Below are positions 47,501-54,417 of a stretch of DNA of 64,000 nt, in pieces. Position numbers and translations under genes: made by a program. Origin of the DNA: Fimbriimonadales bacterium (GTDB lineage Bacteria > Armatimonadota > Fimbriimonadia > Fimbriimonadales > Fimbriimonadaceae). Within the stretch, counting starts at the first letter, position 1, and each line of letters starts with the position of its first letter. The notes beneath the pieces are model-generated. The model did no database searches. It was not told the DNA's origin and saw nothing but the letters and a program-made list of their open reading frames with translations. The stretch covers positions 3,509 through 67,508 of the forward strand of contig JBBREM010000001.1 of the NCBI GenBank assembly GCA_038202925.1, given 5' to 3'.

Positions 47501-47939
47501 CACCGAGTTCAATCAGCCGATGCTCGATGCGACGGTGCCGTTTGAAGCGACGGGCAAGAACCCGCTCCAGTGGGGCCTCGTCGATATCAGCCATTCCAAC
47601 ATCGCGCCGACGGCTCTAAAGGCGGCGGAGGATGGCAGCGGCCTCGTGCTGCGCATGTATGAAAGCGCGGGAATGGCGACCGACGGCTCGATGAAGCTCA
47701 ACGCGCCGCTCACCAACGACCATTGGGTGAACTTCATCGAAGATTCGTTGGGAGTGGCCCAGATCCGGGGCAGCGTGCTGCCGCTCAAGCTCCACCGTTT
47801 CGAAATCCGTTCGATAAAGCTCGACTGGCCGACCATCTCCCGACCCCCTTCGCGGTCGAAGGCCCTGAAGAAGCCTGGCGCGGATGCGGCGGTCCTTCGA
47901 CTTCGCCCCTCGCACGGCTCGCGGCTTCGCTCAGGATGA
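44568..47939 (+). CDS. GH38 alpha-mannosidase with an extra N-terminal domain
   Basis: GHAHIDLQWLW and the EPDTFGH catalytic region, central and C-terminal GH38 domains. ATG 44568 was chosen because the ORF-track start (44406) lies inside the MITE. The last codons and the stop lie in a family F repeat. Confidence 0.85.
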   Translation: MSPALLLFLLVGTRQQPLPPKTDTCLCFISENLAKGNGNWFTYFKISDQQLVIKEGDVLRYEVFLDPRNPVAKGGMDVDPADNSDALRDTGAVDQNGLRAHGDAMLTPAVGKWYRREISLDRLRGKTSAAWNLVFEGDDAGTYVQFVDDIEVDHKDGTKTVLYGDGTPKTRELLMANGYTNNPACEAVDRSLVKEGANLDAVIRSVSASAAKLRVLSEVRKDIDVAKEFSKRNPSAHLEGHVAEAMNLLSSVDKKPNPTTEELQAALHAAQHALSHVHPEMTKYTGHLVGHAHIDLQWLWEWQEGIVASRDTFAQAVKFMDEVPGFTFSQSSSTIYQAVEETYPELFTKIKAKVAKGQWELLGGRICEGDTNMISPESHAMQFLYGQRYFRERFGKSAVVGWEPDTFGHTIQMPQILKMGGCDYYYFCRGGKGKPLFWWEGLDGTKMLTFDEPASGSWYNSDLSYKQFKEMIDFYDGTGSKDMLWVYGVGNHGGGPTREHIQEAVKWMQKGYLPNVRFSTATNFFKALEKYDLSKIPAVNQELNPVFDGCYTTHSEIKQANRDAEAWTTSAEAVASVASLNGFHYPKAEFRRNWEEICYNHHHDTLPGSGIHAPYEKTKVMLARVILEDKDIITRALETLTQRVTPPKGGISVMVFNPTGWRRSAWCETLLVQSGWNPDAPLDPNHCTAVAPDGKKYAVDVLDEPSRKARFWAADVPAFGYRVFHIVNGEVVKPAVQARDGGYTLENDNFVVEFDKTRGLIKRLYDKKAQRTIAASGLGRLEAHFESPQGMSAWVLGKIDRVEALVPDSSEVQQGADYGEVSFSYRMPSVNNPKHDTLVRQTFRLEGGGSQITCDMDCTWNQIGSPTTANPNLRVAFDTGVAKPVATYEVPFGALARPLDGIEYPALKWADVSGDDYGVSVFNDCKHGHSAEGTTLRLTLIRSSFSPDPVPNPGQHHWRYAIYPHAGTWKSAGTVQKATEFNQPMLDATVPFEATGKNPLQWGLVDISHSNIAPTALKAAEDGSGLVLRMYESAGMATDGSMKLNAPLTNDHWVNFIEDSLGVAQIRGSVLPLKLHRFEIRSIKLDWPTISRPPSRSKALKKPGADAAVLRLRPSHGSRLRSG

Positions 47940-47940
47940 C
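47891..47940. repeat. family F element
   Basis: GGTCCTTCGACTTCGCCCCTCGCACGGCTCGCGGCTTCGCTCAGGATGAC; same ends as 11355 and 14348 (inverted). Confidence 0.7.
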
Positions 47941-48127
47941 GGGGAGCCGCTTTGATTGAGGGTTTCCGTTTCTTCTTACGGAGCTGAGGAGAATTGCGGC
48001 AAGAGTTGATGCCCGCGCGCCCATCCTGCCGACCACCGTGTTGCAACTATCGCGCACAATACGATTGGATGCGTGACGACGAGCCTTTCGGCGAAGATTC
48101 GCGTAGACACATCAGAGAGAATTCAAC

Positions 48128-48553
48128 GTGAACGTCGTCCCGTCGGAGCTAAAGGAACTTGCGCAGTATTTACTTGTGCGTGAGGCTCGGAACACGACGA
48201 CCGAAAATGTTAACATCGAGACCGCGATCGAGGTTTGCCAACGGCTGCGACAGCCTCTCGCGACCTTTGCCGGCGAGGAGGGCTTTCGCTCTCTCCTTGC
48301 TCGGGCGCTAGCGCTTTCCAAGGCCCAGGACACGTCGCTCAGCGCACTTAATGTCCATGCGGATGGCACGATCCAGGTAGGCAACGCCAACGCCTGGCCC
48401 GACCAAAGCGCGGCCAGAGATGCGGGAATCGCCCTGGTCGGGCAACTCCTTGCCTTGCTTACGACCTTCATTGGCCCGTCGCTCACCATGAATTTGGTGC
48501 ATCGCGTTTGGCCAGACCTCGATCTCCAAACCGGAGGCCGGAAGAATCCATGA
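48128..48553 (+). CDS. hypothetical protein coupled to the KaiC-like ATPase
   Basis: 141-aa GTG-start ORF whose stop overlaps the KaiC-like ATG (ATGA at 48550-48553). No family recognised. Confidence 0.5.
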   Translation: MNVVPSELKELAQYLLVREARNTTTENVNIETAIEVCQRLRQPLATFAGEEGFRSLLARALALSKAQDTSLSALNVHADGTIQVGNANAWPDQSAARDAGIALVGQLLALLTTFIGPSLTMNLVHRVWPDLDLQTGGRKNP

Positions 48554-50034
48554 AACAACACGAAAAGGTGATTATCAACCAGCTCTCCACCGGAGTTCCC
48601 GGTCTCGACGAGGTTTTGGGTGGGGGCTTGCCTGAGTTCTCGTTCAACATTCTCGCAGGAGCGCCGGGATGCGGCAAGACGACCCTGGCCCACCAGATGA
48701 TGTTCGCCAATGCGACCACCGAGAAGCCGGCGGTCTACTTCACCGTGCTCGGCGAGCCGGCGATCAAGATGCTGCGATACCAGCAGCAATATGAGTTCTT
48801 CGATCAGTCCAAACTCGATAAGTCCATCAAGTTCGTCAATCTCAGCGCGCTCGTCATGGAGAAGGATCTGGGCGCGGTGCTCGATGAGATCATCAAGCAA
48901 GTCGAAGCCCTCGGTCCCAGCGTCGTCGTCGTCGATTCATTCCGCACCGTCGTGCGCAAGGCCCAGAGCCTGGGCAGTGAGATGGAGCTACAAGGCTTCG
49001 TCCAGCGCCTCGCCCTTTTTCTAACGAGTTGGCAGGCCACCACCTTCCTCATCGGCGAGTACGTCGAGGGGGAAATCCGCGACAACCCCGTCTTCACCGT
49101 CGCCGACGGCCTGCTCTGGCTCTACCAGTCGGTTGAGCGCAACTCCATCGTGCGCAAGATGCAGGTGATGAAGCTGCGAGGGCAGGAATCCGTGCCTGGC
49201 CTGCACACCTTCCGCATCACCGGCAATGGGTTGCAAGTATTCCCACGGACCTACGGCCTCTCAGAGCGCACCGGCACCAAGAAGGGCGCTCATCGGCTCG
49301 CCACCGGCATCCCCGAGTTGGACAAGATGCTGGGCGGGGGCATCCCCTCTGGCCACAGCATGCTCCTCGGCGGTCCCTCCGGCTCGGGTAAATCCATCTT
49401 GGCCACCCACTTCATCGCTGAGGGCATCAAGCAGGGCGAGCCCGGCATCGTCGCCGTTTTCGAGGAAATGCCCGAACAGTATGTCGATCGCGCGAGGAAC
49501 CTTGGTATGGATCTCGCCGCCGCCCTCAAGAAGGGCTCCCTCGAGGTCATCTACCTCCGGCCCCTCGATCTCTCGGTGGACGAGACGGTGCACGAGATCG
49601 TCGCCGCCGTCAAGCGGACCAAGGCTAAGCGCCTCGTAATCGATTCCCTCGTCGGATTCGAAATGGCCCTTGCCCCCGGCTTTCGCGATGACTTCCGCGA
49701 GTCGCTTTACCGGATGATCGGCGCCCTCACCCGCTTGGGTGTTACGATCGTCTCGACGGTGGAGATCGAGGAGAATTTCACCTCGATGGGCCTCTCCAAT
49801 TTCGCCATATCATTCCTCTCGGATGACATTATCCGCCTGCGCTACGTCTCGATCGACGGCCAACTTCGACGCATGATGATGGTGGTCAAGATGCGCAGCG
49901 GCAAGCACAGCATCGATATGCGCGAGTATGAGATCACCAATAAGGGCGTCGTCGTCGGCGATCGCCTGCGCGGTTACCAGGGCCTGACCACTGGCATCCC
50001 CGGTCCGTGGAGCGAGGAAGGCGCTACCAGCTAA
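48550..50034 (+). CDS. KaiC-like double RecA-domain ATPase
   Basis: Two KaiC/RadA-like domains with Walker A motifs GAPGCGKTT and GGPSGSGKSI. Each domain carries a GIPGLDE/GIPELDKMLGGG motif. Confidence 0.85.
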   Translation: MKQHEKVIINQLSTGVPGLDEVLGGGLPEFSFNILAGAPGCGKTTLAHQMMFANATTEKPAVYFTVLGEPAIKMLRYQQQYEFFDQSKLDKSIKFVNLSALVMEKDLGAVLDEIIKQVEALGPSVVVVDSFRTVVRKAQSLGSEMELQGFVQRLALFLTSWQATTFLIGEYVEGEIRDNPVFTVADGLLWLYQSVERNSIVRKMQVMKLRGQESVPGLHTFRITGNGLQVFPRTYGLSERTGTKKGAHRLATGIPELDKMLGGGIPSGHSMLLGGPSGSGKSILATHFIAEGIKQGEPGIVAVFEEMPEQYVDRARNLGMDLAAALKKGSLEVIYLRPLDLSVDETVHEIVAAVKRTKAKRLVIDSLVGFEMALAPGFRDDFRESLYRMIGALTRLGVTIVSTVEIEENFTSMGLSNFAISFLSDDIIRLRYVSIDGQLRRMMMVVKMRSGKHSIDMREYEITNKGVVVGDRLRGYQGLTTGIPGPWSEEGATS

Positions 50035-50038
50035 GTGG

Positions 50039-50083
50039 CTCCGGCTTCGCCGGAGACGGGGACAGGAATGTCCCCGTCACTGG
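50039..50083. repeat. double-hairpin repeat (family B), best-preserved copy
   Basis: CTCCGGC-TTC-GCCGGAG (7-bp stem), ACG, GGGGACA-GGAA-TGTCCCC (7-bp stem), GTCACTGG. Lies between convergent genes. Confidence 0.75.
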
Positions 50084-50117
50084 GTTGTGTGGGCTAATGC
50101 CTCCGCTGGCTCCTTGG

Positions 50118-51431
50118 CTATAGCGACTTCAGAAACTCGATCAGATCGCCCTTCTCGGCGGAGGTCAAGCCCAGCCGGAAGTGGTCATTGTAATGGTTCA
50201 CCACATCCATCAGGGTCCCGAAGCGCCCGTCGTGATAGAAGCCGCCCTTGTGGATCTTGTCCATATTCCAAAGCGCGCGCAACGGCACTGTACGATAGCG
50301 ATTGTCCGGCGCGCGCTGCGCCTGGAACTCGTCGATCCCGATCTCCGCGCCCTTATGCAGATTCCATCCCGGCTCCGTGTACAGCGGCGGGACATGACAG
50401 CTCGCGCACTTCGCCTTCGTGTCGAAGATCATCTTCCCGATGCGCGCCCGCTGCGGGTCGAAAGCGCCCATCGGGGGCTTTGGCGTTACGAGCGAGAGCT
50501 GATAGTAATGGAGGGCGGGCAGCTTGGACGTGATCATATCGACGGCGTCATGCTTGTGGCCCTGCATTGTGCGAGCGGCGACCGGATACTTCTCCGCATC
50601 GTCGAGCCGAGGATCGAAGAACGTGCCTTGCCCGTGCATTTCGAGGTTGGCCACGTAGGCGTTCCAGTAGCTCACGGTGCCCCATGAGCCCGTCCACGTG
50701 TGGTTATTGACCCCGGCGAGCCCGAACGCCGCCGGGTTGAGGGTGGCTGCCGGCTTGCCATCCGGCCGGAATGCCTTGCCGTCGAGGTTCAGCTCGGCAT
50801 CGAATTTGCCAGGCCCCCAGGAATTCAGAACCTTCTTGACGGTCGCCTCATCCACCTGCAGCATGTCGGTGTAGGGTTTCAGGTTCGGAGCCGTCGCCAC
50901 AATCGCGCCCACGTTGAGGTCGCGATTGGGCCAGCCGTCGAGCCGGTACCCGATGCCCGGCATAAACTTGTCGTCGACGGTGGAGTGGCACAGTGCGCAA
51001 GTGATGCCCACTGAGCGCAGGCTCTTTCCGTCGGCGTTGAAGAAGCCGCGAACGCCGATCACTGCGTTCGCTTTCAGCAAGGCGAGGGTCACGGCGGGAT
51101 CGTCCAGGTTCACCTTGCCCGCCTTGATGAGTCTCCCCATCGCCGGGGGAACCGCCGCGAGATCGACCTTCAGACCAAGCCCCAAGGCCATCTTGGGACT
51201 GACGCCAGGACCGACGCCGCCATTCGCGGCGCCTTCGATCGCCTCATGAAGCCGCACCTTGCCGCCCCAGAAGGCTTCGCTGCCAAAGGTGTCTTGGCGG
51301 AAGATCGCGCGGCCCTCTTCCAGCATCCTGCCGCTCTCCGCCGCCCCCGCTCTATCCTGCTGGGCGGCGAGGCCAACCACCAGTGCGCTGAAGCCAAGAC
51401 TCAAAGGAATCCATCGAACGAACGTCGTCAT
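50118..51431 (-). CDS. di-heme cytochrome c protein (CCP/MauG-like)
   Basis: Signal peptide from ATG 51431 and two CxxCH motifs (CALCHS, CASCHV). The family assignment beyond di-heme cytochrome c is tentative. Confidence 0.7.
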   Translation of the reverse strand: MTTFVRWIPLSLGFSALVVGLAAQQDRAGAAESGRMLEEGRAIFRQDTFGSEAFWGGKVRLHEAIEGAANGGVGPGVSPKMALGLGLKVDLAAVPPAMGRLIKAGKVNLDDPAVTLALLKANAVIGVRGFFNADGKSLRSVGITCALCHSTVDDKFMPGIGYRLDGWPNRDLNVGAIVATAPNLKPYTDMLQVDEATVKKVLNSWGPGKFDAELNLDGKAFRPDGKPAATLNPAAFGLAGVNNHTWTGSWGTVSYWNAYVANLEMHGQGTFFDPRLDDAEKYPVAARTMQGHKHDAVDMITSKLPALHYYQLSLVTPKPPMGAFDPQRARIGKMIFDTKAKCASCHVPPLYTEPGWNLHKGAEIGIDEFQAQRAPDNRYRTVPLRALWNMDKIHKGGFYHDGRFGTLMDVVNHYNDHFRLGLTSAEKGDLIEFLKSL

Positions 51432-51544
51432 CTTTTCCACCTCCGGAATGTCTCGAGCCGGATCCACAACAGGATGCGAGCGCGAGAATTCACCAAGTTA
51501 ATGGTGCTGCGCAGGGTTGAAAGTTGGTAGTCCGAGGATTCACT

Positions 51545-51680
51545 GTCAGTGAAACGACAGACGCAGCCCCAGTATGAGATCACGGACAAGGGCATCGCCA
51601 TCGGCGAATCGCTGCGGGGCTATCGAGCCCTAACCAGCGACATCCCCGGCCCGTGGAGCGAGGAAGTCGCTCGGGGCTGA
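51545..51680 (+). pseudogene. 3'-terminal remnant of a second KaiC-like gene
   Basis: Translates to ...QYEITDKGIAIGESLRGYRALTSDIPGPWSEEVARG*, collinear with the KaiC-like C-terminus EYEITNKGVVVGDRLRGYQGLTTGIPGPWSEEGATS* (49930-50034). The nucleotide alignment is clearly homologous. No upstream body is present. Confidence 0.65.
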
Positions 51681-51751
51681 GGAGTGCTGCGGGAACAACT
51701 GACAGTCGATCAAGTCAAGCAATTTGCAACACGATAGTTTGCGGAACAACC

Positions 51752-51898
51752 ATGCTTGAACTGATCATCGTCATCCTCGTCATCCTCTGGCTGCTCGGCT
51801 TCTTCGTCATCCACATCGGATCGTTCATCCACATCCTGCTCGTGATCGCGCTGATCGTGATCATTCTTAGGGTGCTTAGGGGTCGCAAACCGCTGTAG
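51752..51898 (+). CDS. lmo0937-family small membrane protein
   Basis: 48 aa: MLELIIVILVILWLLGFFVIHIGSFIHILLVIALIVIILRVLRGRKPL, matching the characteristic family pattern. Confidence 0.7.
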   Translation: MLELIIVILVILWLLGFFVIHIGSFIHILLVIALIVIILRVLRGRKPL

Positions 51899-52061
51899 GC
51901 GCGTCGTCTCGCCAACCCGTCGGGCTTTTCTTAGCGCACCGTGTCGCCATAAGAAAATGCCAGCAACAACTACAACGTCCTCTTCGAGGAGAAGTCCGGG
52001 CGCAAGAGCGACTCGCAGACCCTGACGCGTTCCGCTCCTTGCTCTAGTCTATTATTCTTAG

Positions 52062-53195
52062 ATGCAGTTTGCAGAGTTCTTCGCAGGGATCGGGCTGGTG
52101 CGGATGGGGTTGGAGCGATCCGGTTGGAAGTGCGCCTTCGCCAACGATATCGATCCGAAGAAGCTCGAAATGTATCAAGCCCAGTTTCCCGACTGGCGTG
52201 AGCATTTCGTCTTGGGCGATATTCGAAGCGTCGCCCCGCGCGACCTGCCCCGAGTGGACTTGGCAACAGCATCGTTCCCTTGCACTGATCTGAGCCTTGC
52301 TGGTGCCCGCAAGGGCCTAGCCGGCGAGCACTCATCAGCACTCTGGCCCTTCCTAGAGGTCTTGCATAAGGTTGAGCATGTGCGTCCGCGGCTCGTTCTT
52401 CTGGAGAATGTCCCGGCCTTTCTCAGTTCGCATAATGGAGCGGATTTCAAGAGTGCTCTCGTAGCACTGAATCGGCTCGGCTATTCCGTCGATGCTTTCA
52501 TCGTGGACGCAATCCACTTCGTGCCACAGTCCCGTCCCCGTCTTTTCGTAGTAGGCGTGTACGCGCCCGCGGCATCTCTCGTGGCCGAGCGTCGCAAGCC
52601 TCCGATCTTCTTCGAATCGCACGTCCGGCCCCCAGCGCTCGCTCGATTCATTCTGGAGAGCAATGACATCCGTTGGAATATTCGCGAGCTGCCAGCCCTT
52701 CCTCCCGAGAAGCATAAACTCGAATCGATCCTCGATGTGCTTCCCCCCGACGCGTCCGAGTGGTGGTCGGTGCCCCGTGTCGAGTATCTGCTGAACCAAA
52801 TGAGTGCGAAACATCGCTCGCTGGCCGACGGCATGATTGAGAGCACGACAGAAACAGCCGGGACGGTCTTCCGCCGCGTCCGCAACGGCAAGTCGATGGC
52901 TGAACTCCGCGTTGACGGGACTGCCGGGTGTCTTCGCACGCCGAAAGGCGGTAGCGGACGGCAGATTCTTTTCGTGGCCGGGTCGGGTTTCTGTCGCGCG
53001 AGGCTCCTGACGCCGCGGGAGTGCGCCCGGCTGATGGGGGCCGACGATTATCGGATTGACGTGCCAGCCAATCAGGCTCTCTTCGGCTTCGGCGACGCAG
53101 TTTGCGTTCCCGTGATCGACTGGATTGCGAGAAACTATTTGAACCCGGCCCTCTCAGAGGCATCAGCGCCGCAGGAGGCGCTCGCCAGAGGATGA
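52062..53195 (+). CDS. DNA (cytosine-5)-methyltransferase
   Basis: Motif I FAGIGL, motif IV FPCTDLS, motif VI ENV, motif VIII QSRPRLF and motif X GDAVCVPV; 377 aa. Confidence 0.9.
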   Translation: MQFAEFFAGIGLVRMGLERSGWKCAFANDIDPKKLEMYQAQFPDWREHFVLGDIRSVAPRDLPRVDLATASFPCTDLSLAGARKGLAGEHSSALWPFLEVLHKVEHVRPRLVLLENVPAFLSSHNGADFKSALVALNRLGYSVDAFIVDAIHFVPQSRPRLFVVGVYAPAASLVAERRKPPIFFESHVRPPALARFILESNDIRWNIRELPALPPEKHKLESILDVLPPDASEWWSVPRVEYLLNQMSAKHRSLADGMIESTTETAGTVFRRVRNGKSMAELRVDGTAGCLRTPKGGSGRQILFVAGSGFCRARLLTPRECARLMGADDYRIDVPANQALFGFGDAVCVPVIDWIARNYLNPALSEASAPQEALARG

Positions 53196-53908
53196 AACAA
53201 GTCGAACCGCTGGGCGTGCCTGCCGATGTCGCCGCCATCCGCAAACAAATCTCGGAGTTTTTCCGGCAGAAGACGGAACTGGGCCATTCCTTAGGCAGCT
53301 ATTTCGGAGCGTACGTCTTCTTCGACTACGATGAGGAGCCGATTTATGTCGGGCAGACGCATGAGGGCTTGGGAGGCCGCGTCAGCCGACACATGACGAA
53401 CCAGCGTACGGACGCGGTTGCGATGAATGTCCTCGACCCCTTTGAGGTTGCTTTCATCGAGGTTTATCCCCTGCATCACAAGAAGCAAAGCCCGCCCGAC
53501 CACAAGCAGCTTGTTCGAGAGCTGGATGCGCTGGAATACACCGTCTTCCAAAAGGTCCTTCGAGAATCAGCGCTGGGGGCCGTCCTAAATGAAAAGGACC
53601 TCATAGCCACGGACTTGGTGGAAATGCCCCAGGCATACCGAGCGAGGATAATCCCAGAGGAGCTCTTTAATCTCCGCAAGCACCCTGACATCAGAATCGC
53701 CAGGAGGGCCAGCACCATAGCTCGACTCGCGCAAGTTATCAGCGAGCGTGACGTCTCTCCCGGGCTCCGCAGAACCCTCGTCACCCAGGCTCGCCGTCTC
53801 GAAAAGCTTGCCGCAGAACGCTTCAAGTCCTTCCGAGAGACTGTTCCGAAGGCGGACCCTGGCGAGGAGACGGGCGAAAACAACGAGTACGAGGGCCGAA
53901 CCCTGTGA
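53192..53908 (+). CDS. GIY-YIG-like nuclease domain protein, candidate restriction endonuclease partner
   Basis: The ATG overlaps the methyltransferase stop (ATGA). The N-terminal region YVFFDYDEEPIYVGQTHEGLGGRVSRHM fits the GIY...YIG...R pattern. The rest was not recognised. Confidence 0.55.
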   Translation: MKQVEPLGVPADVAAIRKQISEFFRQKTELGHSLGSYFGAYVFFDYDEEPIYVGQTHEGLGGRVSRHMTNQRTDAVAMNVLDPFEVAFIEVYPLHHKKQSPPDHKQLVRELDALEYTVFQKVLRESALGAVLNEKDLIATDLVEMPQAYRARIIPEELFNLRKHPDIRIARRASTIARLAQVISERDVSPGLRRTLVTQARRLEKLAAERFKSFRETVPKADPGEETGENNEYEGRTL

Positions 53909-54089
53909 AGCGGGTTACTACGAGGACCCGTTCAACCCCGGCATCCGCTACCCGAGGCTTCAAATCCTGACCGTGCAGGACCTCTTCGACGGGAAGCATG
54001 CCGAATATCCCCGCTCGCACGACGAAACCTTCAAGAAGGCGCAACGCGCCGGGGGTAGCCCCGCGCGCCAGAGCGGCCTTGACCTTTGA
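53907..54089 (+). pseudogene. C-terminal remnant of an N6/N4 DNA methyltransferase
   Basis: EAGYYEDPFNPGIRYPRLQILTVQDLFDGKHAEYP...TFKKAQR resembles the conserved C-terminal tail (YP.IQILTI.ELL.GK...P) of stand-alone amino-methyltransferases. No catalytic domain lies upstream. Confidence 0.45.
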
Positions 54090-54108
54090 CCACTTTACGG
54101 ACTATCGT

Positions 54109-54276
54109 TTTCGCATCGTGGAAGGTCTAACTCCGAGTGAGATCACTTACTCTCGCATCGTGAAGGCTTTAACTCCGGGTGAGATTGCCTACTCTCGCAT
54201 CGTGGAATGTCATATCGCCAGTGAGATAACTCACTCTCGCATCGTGGAGGCTCGAACTTCGATTGAGGTCGCTCCA
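54109..54276. repeat. four tandem 42-bp repeats
   Basis: Units start at 54109, 54151, 54193 and 54235. Each opens with T(C/T)TCGCATCGTG(G)A and has a second conserved block, GTGAGAT, about 28 nt in (TTGAGGT in unit 4). A partial restart CTCTCGCT occurs at 54297. Confidence 0.85.
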
Positions 54277-54417
54277 ACTGTCTCCTCGGTGACGTGCTCT
54301 CGCTAAGAAATTGCGCTCAATATGATTGTTGAGCCCCCTGTCATTACGCAAGTGTTGTGATACTGTAGTTTTTGATTGCAGGCGTAACGCCATAAGGACT
54401 AGAGGGGATCCATTACC

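Noticed and set aside
46305-47594. 429-aa minus-strand ORF inside the GH38 gene
   Set aside because: Antisense shadow of a clearly coding plus-strand gene, with the same Arg/Pro-rich composition.
48112-48900. 262-aa minus-strand ORF over the KaiC-like start region
   Set aside because: It is antisense to the KaiC-like Walker A domain and its coupled partner, and has no motifs.
54109-54276. CRISPR array
   Set aside because: The 42-bp units are directly tandem with no unique spacers, the unit interiors diverge, and no cas genes are nearby.
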